Shown: one piece after another, positions 49,456 through 62,762 of the stretch
How the letters are laid out: each line of letters begins with the position of its first letter
Numbering within the stretch: position 1 is the stretch's first letter
Assembly: GCA_963924565.1 (NCBI GenBank)
Contig: OZ004612.1
Location: forward strand, 1,798,001-1,862,000
Length of the DNA: 64,000 nt
Reading direction: 5' to 3'
From: Ascidiella aspersa
Taxonomy: Eukaryota
The notes under the pieces: generated by a model
Told to the model about the DNA's origin: nothing
Databases searched by the model: none
What the model saw: only the letters and a program-made list of their open reading frames with translations
Translations under genes and position numbers: made by a program

Positions 49456-51199
49456 TACAGAAGCATAGCAGAAAAGGCAATTTCCGTGCTTATTCAAATG
49501 CCAACAACGTATTTATGCGAAAGTTTTTCTTGTGTGAAATAAAACTCGAAAGAGAAATTCAATCACACACATCGACCCATTGATGAGGGGAGAATGAAAA
49601 AGATATCATACCTCGGTTTGAGTTGTTAGTTAGTAAGGTGCAACAACAAACCAGTCATTAAAAAGTCTCTTTGCTATTTTGTCTTTGTTTGAATGTTGTT
49701 TTATGAAATGCAAATAGTACTCGCAAGCAGCCTGCTGTCATCATATTCAAACTGTAACCTACAGTGCGTAAAATTCGTCAGCTCCGCTCGATTTAATTGA
49801 CATGATGATATTGATAGGTAAAACGATTTTTCATATCGCATTTTTCCTCAGTTTACCTTTCAAGTAAATAGTGTTCATGAATTCGTCACAACAACTTTAG
49901 GGGTTCACCAAGCCAAAAAAGGTCGAAGAGCACTGATCTAGACTATTTTAAATTTAATTCTGTAGTGGTCATTAATGCGAGTTTGGCGTTATTATGTCGG
50001 TGGTCTTAGTACTATGGTATTATAGATTATCTGATTTAGATATTGTTGCTTTGTAGGTATTCTTGTGTTTTCTACTTGAAAGTCCTGTGGAATCAATGAG
50101 CTAAGCCTAATAGAAAATTAAAAATACTTGTTTTATATATTAAACTATTTTTTCCTTTCGCTCGCGGCTCACCTGGAAGCCTTCCATAGCGCACCAGTGC
50201 CGCGGCGCACCGGTTGAGAAACGCTGGATTAGGCGGTAATGGGTAGAATTTGAATTTAGATTGGATTTGAAATTATTAGAGGAGTAAGTGATAAAGTTAT
50301 AGGTGTTGGCGTTACGTAAAAGGTTAGTATTTATTCTGGCCATTAAGGTCTTATTTCGACTTCAAAGTTATTACGACTAATAGGTATGGTAATATTCTAA
50401 ACTGTGTTTTATGCCGACGTTGATGTTGTTTTAATTTTGGTGTTATGGCTGGAGTCCCGCTAGATATGTTGGCTATTCCTCGAAAAGGCTATGAATCTAA
50501 GTCCTAATGTCCAGTGTTTATTGATAAAAAATAGTGACTCAGGTTTACGTTTTTAAACGCCAGCGTTTGGAAAGTTGTTTTGCTTGCTCTTGGTAGAGGA
50601 CTGCTTGCTCTTGGTAGAGGTTTGGGTAGGTTTCTCAACTTATTTTCGCGGCGACCCGAGTATTAAGCGAATAAGTATAAGAGCGAACGAAGATTTAGCT
50701 AAACGTGACGCATGACTGGCTTTATGTGCCATTGGAGTGAAAAATCTGATATTTGAAACGAATTGATGTAAACCAGGGGTCGGCAACCTACGGCCCGCCA
50801 ATGTAATTTATCCGGCCCACCGCCTTTTTGACAAACCAAACACGAGTCCATTTCAAATACTTTTTGATAATTACAAGACATCAGAATTAGACGAACAGGC
50901 AGGGTTAGTTCTATACAATTACCTAAACTAAGTTCATTAATTACTAGTAAAGTTCGTTGTGTTTAAAAAATTTAATATTTGCAACAACAAAATTTAAATT
51001 TAGTTATTTTTTCTTTTTTTATTGTTTGTTTACCAAGACGCTTACAAGTTCAACAACAACTTATATCATTATAAAGCACCGTTTTCTAAGTGACGTAACA
51101 ATAGTAGTCAATTGGCTGTAGTGCGCTAATAGTCAATTGGCTGTAGCGCGCGTCAACCTCGCTTGTGGGATTTTATATTTATTTGTCAAAAGCATAAAC

Positions 51200-51570
51200 A
51201 TGTCTTTAATCTCGTTAATATATTGCATTATCTCGATTCTATGTTGCGCAATATCGGCTAAATATTGCTCAACACCGCTTCTACATTTCGCAATTTCGCA
51301 CCTGTGCTGCGTAAAATCGGTCATATATTGCGTAATCTCTTTCATATATTGCGTAATCTCGTTCGTATATATCGCGTAATCTTGTTCATATATTGCGTAA
51401 TCTCGTTCATATATTGCGTAAGCTCGGTAAGGCATTACGCAACACCGGTTCTAAATTTTGCAATGTCGCATCTGTGCTGCAAAAAATCGATCATATATTG
51501 CGCAATCTTGGTATTTCATTACGTAATTTCAGTTCTATATTGCGTAATTCCGCTTTAGTATTGCGTAGCT
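51200..51570. repeat. Degenerate 21-bp minisatellite (TATTGCGTAATCTCGTTCATA)
   Basis: Visible 21-bp periodicity; explains the heptad-like ORFs. Confidence 0.85.
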
Positions 51571-54500
51571 TACCTAAATCCAGCTATTTCAGGTTTAGTT
51601 TAGTTTTATTCAGATTCTTGAGACAAACATGTATTCAGCATTTTAGATCACAGATCTTAATAAACACATATGTTTGTGTGTGTCTTTCATTGTATTTAGC
51701 AAGGAATAACTTTACTACGCGTAACAAATTTCGCACCAATCTCGTTTTTTTTGTCGTTTTTTTAACAATTGTGGCAAATCCCTAAAAGGAATAAAATATT
51801 TTAAGCATTATTTTCATCCCACAAGTGAAGTTGACATTTATTGTAATTATAATAATTTAAAAACTTATCACACAAATTCGATGTTAATGATAAAAATGAG
51901 AAGTACAACCATGGGCGCGTTACAGCTTTTTTGTCTGTTTTGCGAATAGTCAAGCTTTTAAAGTCACCGGGTCATCTTACTTTTTATATTTTCGATTGTA
52001 AACTCGCGCCAAGTAAGATAGATTTCCATTTACAACCTTTGTTTTATTTACAATAATTAGCTTTATTAAATTTTCTTTATTTTTTAAAATTATAATCGCG
52101 GACCAATAATGGCGTAGGAAAGCGACTATTTAAGAACAAGTTGGTTAGAAAGATGTTGCTTGATTAGAAATAGGATGACAGAAATATTCAAAGTTATGAA
52201 GGTTTTAAAATATTACAGAAGAACATGCGCAAACAGAACTATAAAATTGTAGGCAGTTTATTTGGTTGAAAAATATGACAAGAAAATCCTACAACTAAAG
52301 TTGCTGAGTCATAATATGAGCTCGGGTAAGTTTCGTTTTAACTTTAGTTGCAAACTTCATCAAATATTTTGCGGATTTTTTGTATTTCAGGATCGACACT
52401 TGCTCACTGCTGTCACCTACCGGACATACCTGATTCTCAAAAAGGTAAAAATAAATAACTTTTCCTCTTTTGAAATGATCTGTACATAAAGAAACTTACA
52501 TATACTGTACCAAGGCTACTTTTCAGCTGCATTCCATGTTTATGACGCACACCTGAACAATTAAGCACAAACAGATCGCAATTAAAAAAACAATCCTATA
52601 GAATAACTATTTTAATCATTATTTTTGTATGCACATGCGAGACATCAAATGACTTTCAATAGTCTTAGGTTGCCATCAGTAGCTTATTTTTCGTTGAATG
52701 GATTTAACTGGGGCACCAATTTCCAACCCGCACAATTTAACTAGATTTCCAAAGGAATGTAAACAAATTAAGAACCCTTCCCTGGTCTGTTAATGAAAAT
52801 ATAGTGATGACAGATTCGTTTGGATAACTGGCTGACGATGATTAAATATTTAATCAAACCGTCACATATTGTTCAGTCATTAACTTTCTATTCAGTTCTT
52901 ATATTGAATTGCTAGCACCTTATCCACGGATAGTCTGCTTAGCGTAATATTTTTTATTTATTTGTTCGTGCAAAGAAAGCCGAATATTTACCCATTATGT
53001 TTCTTCATTTCAGACTTCGACTTCTTCAACTAGAATCCAGCCAACATTCCAAACAAGGGCCAAGATTCAGTATCATGTGATAATTGTCAAGTTTAAAACC
53101 AGTATTTAAAAGAAGTTAAAAGAAGGTCAATATAGTAAAATTATCAGCAATTGATTAAAAACTTTTGTCTATCTAAAGTGTTTAACTAAATTGGCCAATT
53201 TATTGTGGCATGCCGATTGAGTGTGTCATATTTCGAAGTCAAATAACTAACCGTGCAAGAAATTCTCTACAAGATATAGTTTCGTCGAATATTACAACAT
53301 AAACATTAAAATTGCAGATCACCAAGATTAAGGAATTCACCCAACATCGTGAATAAAGACCAAGATTTAGTATCGGGTAATTATTGTCGAGTTATAGCTT
53401 TTTATTTATTCCCACTTTCGTTTGAAGATTCCTGGCGTTTCATGGACAAGATGGAATCCAAGTAAACTCAACGAGTTCAAAGGATGGAGACAAGGTGAAT
53501 ACAACCAACTTTTATATACATTTATTGTTATAATCACAACTTGTGGATGTTGTTGTCAGATTTTTGTGGATTACAGCGGATCAGTTACTATTCTTGAACA
53601 AATCCATGACGGTCAGATATATTGTTTGTATGTTGACAGTGTAGCATGTTAGGTTGGCTGGTGGTCGTTGTCATGGTTGGCTGGTGGACGGTGTAATGGT
53701 TGGCAGATGGTCAGTGTCATGTTGGCTGGTGGTCAGCATCTTGACAGTTTGCCGGTGTCATGTTGGCAGGTGGTTCCCTTTTTGGTGCCAATGCCATTGA
53801 CAAAGGTGGCGGGTTGTGGTCAGTGTCATGTCATATTGTCGGGTGGTCGGTGTCATGTTGGCTTGTGGCTGTTGGTTTGCTGTCCTTCACTGCATGTTAG
53901 TGTTATTTTGGCCGATTGCCAGTGTCATGTCATATTTGCTGGTGGTCGGTGTCATTGGCAGGTGGTAATCTTTTAGGTGGTGACTTTTCAATGCCAGTCT
54001 CATTGACAAGGTAAGCGGTTAAGTGCCATGTTAGCAATTTATCGCTGGCATTTAAGCAGATTGCCGGTGTTATGTTGCCAAGTGCTTGCTGTCATGTTGG
54101 CAAGTGGTGCTGCTGTCACGTTGGCAGTTGGTCAGTGTCATGTTTGTTCACATACGATCTATATTTTCATTTACAGCTTACTTGCGTTGACAATTCTATA
54201 GATCACCAACGATGTTTATAAAAGCCTATATTTACAAAAATTAGGAAATTCTTTCAGGCACGTCAGCTGGTCTAGTTACGTCATTATGACGCGTTATAGA
54301 ACAGGCGATGTCTTCGTCGCTGCCATGGCAACCAGAAAATGACGTCTAAGTTTTCAGCAAATGTCTAATATTGAGGTAAGCATTTTATAATCACTGTTTT
54401 AAGACGACTCCCTGGAAGATAATATATTGCGACTTTGCTACATTAATTATTGCTAAAGCCCTTATAATTATTATTAAGGAATTATAATTGATGTAAATCA

Positions 54501-57500
54501 CTGACAGTGTTTATAAAAGCTTAATATTTTTGGTAAAAAATCTGAATTATTGCAGTTTTATAGTAAACTTAAATAACCTTGGTTACCGTGTTTAGCCATT
54601 TCGTTTCGTATTGAATATTCATTTCAACGGTCAATTTATTAGATCATGACTAAGTATTACTTAAACTGATAATAACGAGAGTATCAGAAAATACATACAA
54701 AATTTAAAATATACTTAAATAAATTTTTATTTTAGAACATTTTCAATATTGTGACCAACTTCCAGCTAGAATAAGCATCTTCGACAAATGGTAAGTTATA
54801 CAAATTATGTATTTCATTAAATAATATGGCAGAGTATATCCTCTTCAATGTTAGGTTGCTTGGACTAACAAATGAAGCATTGGAATCATGGATGTTTCTC
54901 GACTTGCTCTTCTTTGAGCTGAGCCTGCATAGCTCAGTTTGTAGAGCGACGTCCCCAAGTTGACCGGAGGTTGTGAGTTCGAACCTCACCACACACTAGT
55001 TGTTTTTCTTGCCTGCTCTGCTTGCATTAATCGACAGATTCGGTTAGTCTGTGATGGCTTACGGTGCTAACACAATACAAATTGCTTTGCAGGTGTTAAT
55101 CCAGTCTTTATCTGTTATAATTTACATAAACTTATACCACAGTAACATGTGCAACTTATTCAAATAGAATATAAAACAACAATGTTATATGAAGCAAGTA
55201 AATATGATAACGATAATAAACATATTAGCATATAGTAAGCAAATGTAACGTAAAGACGAACAAGCTATAATACAATGACTGGAGCTCCCTACTGCTCGAA
55301 GCACGGACAAACTAAGATCACGTGAGCCCAACACATAAATTAAAGCGCATGAGAGAAAGGAAAACATAGAATACTTAAACAATAACTTAACAAACTCATC
55401 ATTGTTTTGTTTTTTTAACTGTTTAATAGTTTTCCATTTGCCAAAACCATAGACAGATGAACTGCAGATGCCCCTTTCGTAAGGCAATCAGCAAGTTGTT
55501 CTTTGGCATCTATCCATGATATCGAAGTGATTTGCTTTTGTGTAATCATTTCCCTTAATGAGCTGATGTCTATTCTTAAACGTTTTTTGTAGAATACACA
55601 GAAGAAAATAGGGAGTGGGTTGTCCGTAACACCTTCTATTGGCAAGCTTTCATGTGATTGATTGTTGTACATGACTTCATTCCATAGTGAACTCAGAAAG
55701 ATTGCTGCATCAAGGCCATCTGACATCGCTAAGGTTTCAGCAGCTAATGTACTTCGAACAACTCTTCTGATCCTCTTTGACTTCCAGCTCAATAAATTAC
55801 AAGATCCATTTTGGCCCACCAAAAAGACAAGATGAGCGCTTTGGCTGCCACCATCCATTAAATTAGCAAACGCTGCATCTGTAAATACAACTAGCTTCAA
55901 GTTCTTAATATCTCCAAGATCAGCATATTTCAAATTAATATGGTTGCTTTGTGTTTTGCGTATTATCTTGTTGCATTCAAGAAGATCACTCACTTTACAT
56001 TTCTTAAAATTGGTTGCCAGCAAACAAACATCAAAACTGATGTCCGGCCTGGTTTGAGTTGCAACCCAAAGCAACATTCCAATTTTTGAACGAAGAGCTT
56101 TCTTTTCTAAAGTATTTAATTCACATGTATGCTGTTGCTTCCGTTCATTTGAAATTTGCTTCCGTTCATTTGAAATCAATAGATTTTAATTTCCAACCTT
56201 TTTGTTTTTGTTTTGCTACACAAAATAGAACTCTTAATCCATCTTTGGAGCACGTTGGAGAATCCTTGTCAAGTTCTTCTCGATTGTGCTCTTCGAAACC
56301 ACGTGCAACCAATCTTGCCTTTGGTTTCAATCCAAACGCTGTGTCCTTTAATGTGCAAACCCACCTTACAGATACACACTTTTGATTATTAGAAGGGACT
56401 TCATCATATACTGCATTTCTTTTCCAACTATTTAGTTCATCCACTTTCGCTTCTTTGAAAGAAAAATCCTTGTAATAAACTTCATCCACAACAACAGGTT
56501 CTGAATCTGGCTCTGGAATTAACTGTGATTCAGCATTTTGCTCAGATACTAGTTCCAAGCCCGTAACATTTTCCAGATTTAACCAGGTCTTAGTACCCTT
56601 AACATTACTTGCAATACTCTATATTATATGCATTCTTGTATTTGCCCTTTGCTTTACCAGCACGACTTAGCCCTTTAGCTTGGCACAAATGTTCATCATG
56701 GACAAACTGAATTCTCTTACTCAAGAGTGAGGTGCCTTTGGATAACAATTCAGTACCTGTTGTACTAGAATCTGTTGTAACATCCTCTACTGTGGTTCTT
56801 TTTTTCACATCGGGAATTGAATCTTCATCACTTGATGAAGAATATTCTTGACTTTCGTCTTCTTCGTTACATGGCTTTTCCGGTTCAGCAACCACAGCTG
56901 GAACAGCAGGACTGTGTGCATCGCTATGTTTATTTACATGTTGCACCCGACATGTATGTACCCTTACATACTGACCACCATGCCTAATGAAAACAATAGA
57001 ACCATCTTGGCCTAAAACATGTGCAGGTCCATGCGAAACATGGGTATTTTCTCTCTTATAATACACTTTATCTCCCACTTTGAAAGCACCATTACTTGAC
57101 CTTGTTTGTTTTCTGAATGCCCTTCGAATTTTCTCTGAAGACTCAGCTAAAACAATGGCTCGGCGTGCTGCATGTAATGCAGAAATGTGCATGCCAATAT
57201 CAAAACTTGTCGTCTGACCCTCTAACGCAGGAAGAGAGTCCTCGAGTACAGAAGGTAAGTTAACATTGTGGCTGAATACAAGTTGACATGAGCTAAAACC
57301 ATTATTAGTTATAAGTGAATTTTTAACACTTAATGCCCAAGCGAGAGATGTTTCCCAATCACATTTAACATCTGATTTTATTTTGCACAGTATCTCAGAC
57401 AAAACTAGGTTATGTCTTTCGCACAAACCATTTGACCATGGTGAGTAAGCAGCTGTAGTTAAAATATTTATATTAAAATTCTCTCACATGCCATGAAACT

Positions 57501-58452
57501 CTGCATTGTTAAATTCCAATCCATTGTCACTTAAAACCTTCTTAGGTGCACCAAATATACTAATCCAGTTCTTAAGAAAACACTTAACGATAGTAGATGA
57601 CCTTTGTTCGTGATCACTACAGCACTACTAAATCGAGAAAACATATCAATAAAATGTAAATCCATTGCAACTGTTTCATTGAACTTTTCAGACCAAGAAA
57701 AGCCAACAACTGGTCTCGGCGGAGGCTTTTTGTGCATCTTGCAGATATCACATGAGTTTATGACTTGTTCAAGCACATCAGAATACTCTGGAATCCATTT
57801 GTCAGCATTTTTTAACAATCTTTGTAAATTAGTTACAGATCCATGTCCAAACTGGATGTGTAGCTTCTTTATAGCTTTTATTCTAGTAGCCCTGGACATG
57901 TCATTTGAAAGTAAAACATCTTTATGCTTGTGTGACATACTACAGCCAGGACTGATGTCAATACAGTAATGGCCACTTGAAGTAAGAAGTAGATTAACCC
58001 ATTTTTTAAACATAAAGGCTTTATCTTACTGCAGATCAATTACAGTACCAGCTCTCTTCAATGAAGTCTTACTTAACAACAATGGAATATTATCAGAAAT
58101 AATTGATGCATTTATAAAACAATGTCTACCAGCAATTTTCGCTGGAATAATTGCTCGTTTTGCTGAAGAAACTTTCCTTCCATCACCAAATTTAAAAACT
58201 GTGTTGTTGGAAAACTGCTTAATTTGTTTTTTAGAAGGTACACCAAGAGAATTCACATAATTATTAAACCATTTATTACCACATATACAGTTTTACTACA
58301 TGTTGTATCAATAATAGCTGACGTCACCGTTTCTGCCACAAATATTTCATTTTTATCGAAATCAGTCATTAAAATTAAATTAACTTCTTCACTTCCTTCT
58401 TCCCATTCTTCAACAGCCCTGTCAAGTGAATAAGTCAGTTGAACTGAAGGCT

Positions 58453-58800
58453 AATAATACGTAAGCCGTTATCGTTGGTCAAAAGCAGCTTCAGAAGGGC
58501 TAGATCTCAGTTGTAAGCACACATATATGTGTGTACATATGTTTCATTGTATTATGATATGATACTGGCGATCCCCTTCGTTATGAAGCTGCTTGTACTA
58601 ACAGATTGAGCAAGCATTGGCGTATGGTTGTTTCTCGACTCGTTCCCTTCTGAGCCTGCATAGCTCAGTTGGTAGAGCGACGGTCCCGGCTTGACCGGAG
58701 GTCGTGAGTTCGAACCTCACTGCAGGCTAGTTGTTTTTCTAGTCTGCTCTGCTTGCATCATTGATCGACAGATTCGGTGAGTCTGCAATGGCTTTTCGGT
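58453..58800 (-). mobile_element. Retroposed repeat with an internal tRNA-like unit, inserted into the copia element
   Basis: 15-bp TSD GTTGAACTGAAGGCT (58438-58452, 58801-58815). It interrupts the copia between gag and protease. On the minus strand it ends GGCTTACGTATTATT. Confidence 0.88.
58654..58727 (+). ncRNA. tRNA-like Pol III unit (non-canonical; not called as a translational tRNA)
   Basis: Acceptor GCCTGCA/TGCAGGC, D stem GCTC/GAGC and T stem GTGAG/CTCAC with loop TTCGAAC are all perfectly paired. The extended anticodon arm has loop CCGGCTT (no U33, no purine 37). T5 at 58734-58738. Confidence 0.8.
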
Positions 58801-60400
58801 GTTGAACTGAAGGCTTTTGAATTTTATGTGGACAGCATGCTGCCCAGTGCATTTTTGAATCACAAATTACGCACCTTGAAATTTTTCCATACTTGTCAAG
58901 AGGATTTTGCTTCTTTTTAATAAAACCACGTTGCTTCCCTCCATGATTCTTGTATTGTTTAGTGACAAATGCTTCACTCTTCACTTTAATGCTTGAACTA
59001 GAATCAATGTTATTCGAACAGATCCTTTTTAGAGCACTCTTCATGTTAGCATATGTAAGATAGCTGGCAAAGGTCAATGCCATTTGTCTTTCATGTTCAC
59101 TTAAACATGCCCCGTCAAGTAGTTTGAATGCTACAACTGCATCGGGTAATTTTATATCGTGGGTGCTCATTCTCTGAGAGCAATGTTCAAACTCAATGAG
59201 ATAGTCATTCATAGATCACTCATTTTTCTGCAAAGAGAAACTGTGTGTATGCACTATATGCATCATCATTCTTTTCACTTTTAAAGGCTATGTCAAGTTG
59301 TTCTAACAGTCTTGCCATACCTTCATCAGAATGTAAATCTGCTGTGGTCCGGTTGGAAACAGCCTTTTCCGCCTTTTCATGACCATCCAAAGCCTCAAGC
59401 ACAACCGTGATTGCCTGATTTTTCTTTTCAAATGATGTGACACAGTTGCCACATTTCTAGTTTGTTTCTCCAAGAAACATATGGAATGTCAACCCTAAAC
59501 TTTAGCATAGTATAAGCAACTGTAACGTAAAGATGAACAAGCTGTAATACAAAGACTGGAGCTCCCTACTGCTCGAAGCACGGACAAACTAAGATTAAAG
59601 TCACGTGACCCCGACACATAAATTAAAGCGCATGAGAGAAAGGAAAACATAGAATACTTAAACAATTTAGATAACTTAACAGCAGGGATTTGAGTAACGT
59701 AATCTTACTATACCACGGCATTATTGCCACATTCTAAACTAGTTAAATTATATTTCCAAATCGCCTATTATCACAATGGAAGCGAATGCAAGATACAAAT
59801 AATATTCTAATAACAGCACTTATTCAACATTGTCACTTACAAACTAATTAATGTTGCATGTGTATTTTCTTTGCAATATTCCATCTTACGTAAAAAAAAA
59901 AACGATCAATGATTGGCGGAAATATTGCACTAATCGAATTCGTTCCGGATCGATAAAATCGCAAAATACCATTTTTGGTCCAGTTTACCTACTTTTTAAC
60001 TACATACCAATGGTGAAAGTATTTCGAAATAATCCGGTAAGGAATATCGGTAAAAATATTGTTATTAAAAGGTTATCCTGCCATATTCTCAAATCTATTT
60101 AGGTTAACATTTAAAACCATGCGTTCAAAATTTGGTCAGGATATGTTTAAAGTAGCAACCCCGATAAATAACACCTCGGGACAGCTTTGTACAATTTTCT
60201 ATATTCAGGGTAATATGCATTTTAAACTGAAGAGGTTTTACAAAACGAATAACCCATTTGCTTTGCTTGGCCATCTACAATTATTGAAACAAATGTAATT
60301 TATGAAATACTAACTGCGCTTTAGAAAATACTTTTCAATTAAATTGACTGTTTCACAAATCCTCATGATTTAACGATTGTCAAAATCTTAATTAAATCTA

Positions 60401-60557
60401 ATAAGAATATCAAAGCCCATACAGAAGTAAGTAACATTTTGAACGTTTCGAATAACTCTTTATTCATTTTCAACACCTTTAAAACGACACCTACTTCTGT
60501 ATGGGCTTTGGTATTCTTATTACGTATTACAACAACCTCCAACCATTATGCTCCAAA
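60401..60557. mobile_element. Penelope-like terminal-repeat remnant in inverted configuration
   Basis: Same family as 48301-48410; 14-bp TSD CTTAATTAAATCTA (60387-60400, 60558-60571). Confidence 0.78.
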
Positions 60558-60934
60558 CTTAATTAAATCTATTGTGCTTAATATTAAATATTGAGATTTA
60601 ATTTTTATTTGACTCTAAAACACTTGCAACGAAGAATTGAGTAACAATGACGTCATTAAATGTTTTATTTACGTAAAACAATGATAGTCTAGCTGCAATC
60701 ACCAGTTTGGTTACCTGGCAACCGAGTTGATCTGCTGGATTGTTGCGCCACCAAGCGGTGATATTCATTTTCACAACTACCGCAAGGTGGCAGAAAAGAG
60801 TTACGGGAAGTTTAAGTGCGAAAGAAAACAACATCTACGTGTGAAAAAAAACACAGTAAGACCCAAATACGACTAAAACCTAATAATCGTAATACTGTTT
60901 AACTCAGTACAAGACTTAAGTGGGCAGAATCAGA

Positions 60935-62130
60935 TATATACAACATTTTACGTAAAACCAATGCTCACTCCTAAGTTTATAACTACCGTAACTCCCCTAA
61001 TAGTTTCAACCCCAATTTTTAACACCACCCATTACACAACAAAACCCCGAAACGGTGACAATAAATCAGGTGCCAAAACAACGGCGACCTAACGGCACCG
61101 GTCAAACTAGGTCGCCCATGTGTCTACACTCTACAACAAAACGACCGGTGACTTTTAAGTTGTTATTCTGTCGTGCATATTAGTGCGTATTTGGCATTAT
61201 GTTTCGTTCGTTCAAATACTATAGTGTTATTATGTTGCTTTTTAGCTCTTACTGTGTATTCCAAGGTTAACGCATAAAAACATTGCTACAAAGCAATACT
61301 CTTTCAGAAATGTAAGCGAGGATAATTGTAGATAAATGTATCGCCGAAGCTCCGTTGTTAGATTTACGCGTAGTATTTGCAATAAAGGCTGAGAAAAATT
61401 CAGGATTTTGAGTAAAGTTTCTATTTATAAGTCCTTAATATTTAAATATCACTTCAAATTATTACACCAAAGCATAGAAGACATCACATGTTGTTCCAAA
61501 AATATACATCACATGTCGCTCCAAAAAAGTGCATCTCATGTCGTTCCAAAAAAATACATGACATGTCGCTCCAAAAAAGTGCATCTCACGTCGCTCCAAA
61601 AAAGTGCATCTCCTGTCGCTCCAAAAAATACATCACATGTTGCTCCAAAAAAGTGCATCTCATGTCGCTCCAAAAAAGTGCATCTCATGTCGTTCCAAAA
61701 AATACATCACATGTCGTTCCAAAAAAGTACATCACATATTGTTCCGAAATAGTTTTTAACATTGAAGCTTCCGTACCCGGCCACAATAAACCCACTTGCC
61801 TAAAGTACACGGTGTGACGTAGCAGTTGTACCTAGTTGACTGAGAGCGTATTTGGCCGAGAGCGTTCATAACGCATGTATTTCACCTTTAGAAAAGGGTA
61901 AAAAAACTGGGCATAAAAGGCTTGGTTGGCAAATACAACCACCAGTGAGAATTATTTTCTTCTACAAAAATCAAGTTTATAATAAAGTGGATTTGCTGGT
62001 TCAATATAATTACTATTGTTCCCAAGTTAGTTTTGGCATCATCGTTGTTTTGTATTAATTATTTTTGAATTATTTCTGCGTTGATAGATTGCGTTTTTCA
62101 TTTCACTGTCAAATATCATGGCTGTAAAAC
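60935..62130 (+). repeat. Local tandem segmental duplication (paralog at about 62566-63990)
   Basis: Colinear identity from TATACAACATTTT(A/G)CGTAAAACCAA to CAAATATCATGGCTGTAAAAC. Confidence 0.92.
61480..61750. repeat. 24-25-bp minisatellite (TCGCTCCAAAAAAGTGCATCTCATG); only about 3 units in the paralog at 63485-63555
   Basis: Directly visible repeat units. Confidence 0.9.
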
Positions 62131-62170
62131 TACTTTTAACACGATCGACTAAAGATTTAATTTATTATTA

Positions 62171-62377
62171 ATGTGGATAATAATCAAGGAAGCTTGATTT
62201 TGAAATTTCAAAAAATGTTTTCATGTATAGTTGTTGCGTTCCAACAACAAAGTTAGGAAAAAACAATAACCTCTTTAGGCAAGTTGTAAATGAGTAAACT
62301 TTCCAATGGTATTACAAATAATATAAAATCAAATTCAGAAAAAAAAATAGTGCTTTTGTCATTACCATTACATTTAA
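62171..62377 (+). repeat. Near-identical copy of window positions 1-207
   Basis: Two mismatches seen over about 207 bp. Confidence 0.95.
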
Positions 62378-62762
62378 CTAAAAAAAACTAAAAGATAATA
62401 AAAATAAAATCGTTATACGTGTAAATATTTAGTTAAAAAAAAAACAATTTGATAAAAAATGTTACAGAAAGCACATAACACCAAACGACACAAGTCCAAT
62501 TCAAATAACTTTCCCTCAAAGACCTGAGTCAAGCCATAAAAAAGTGACTTATAGAGATTAAGATTAAATATACAACATTTTGCGTAAAACCAAAGCCCAC
62601 TCATAAGTTTATAACTACCGTAACTCCCCTAATAGTTTCGACCTCCATTTCTTAACACCACCCATTACCCACCAAAACCCCGAAACGGTGACAATAAATC
62701 AGGTGCCAAAACAACGGCGACCTAACGGCACCGGTCAAACTAGGTCGCCCAAGCGTCTACAA

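Larger units (their letters stand above)
48059..49935. mobile_element. hAT-type element nested in 47484-50226
   Basis: Ends CAGTGCTCTTCAAC / GTCGAAGAGCACTG; TSD ATCTAGAC. Confidence 0.9.
47484..50226. mobile_element. hAT-type element containing nested insertions
   Basis: Ends CAGTGTTTCTTAACC / GGTTGAGAAACGCTG; TSD GATTAGGC (47476-47483, 50227-50234). Confidence 0.9.
55094..59681 (-). mobile_element. Decayed Ty1/copia LTR retrotransposon (GalEa-like)
   Basis: TG...CA ends; 5-bp TSD GCAGG (55089-55093, 59682-59686). 3' LTR is 55094-55392; a partial 5' LTR spans about 59502-59681. Domain order is gag (CVICDSKMHWAACC) - protease (AIIDTTCSKTV) - integrase (KLHIQFGH..CDIC, SDNGLEF, SPWSNGLCERHN) - RT (KARLVARGFEE) - RNase H (FTDAAFANL, LADCLTK). 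Many frameshifts and stops. The GalEa assignment rests on motif recall only. Confidence 0.95.

Noticed and set aside
58654-58727. Functional tRNA-Ala(GGC) gene
   Set aside because: The loop lacks U33 and purine 37, the arm is over-long, there is no G3:U70 pair, and it sits within a TSD-flanked repeat.
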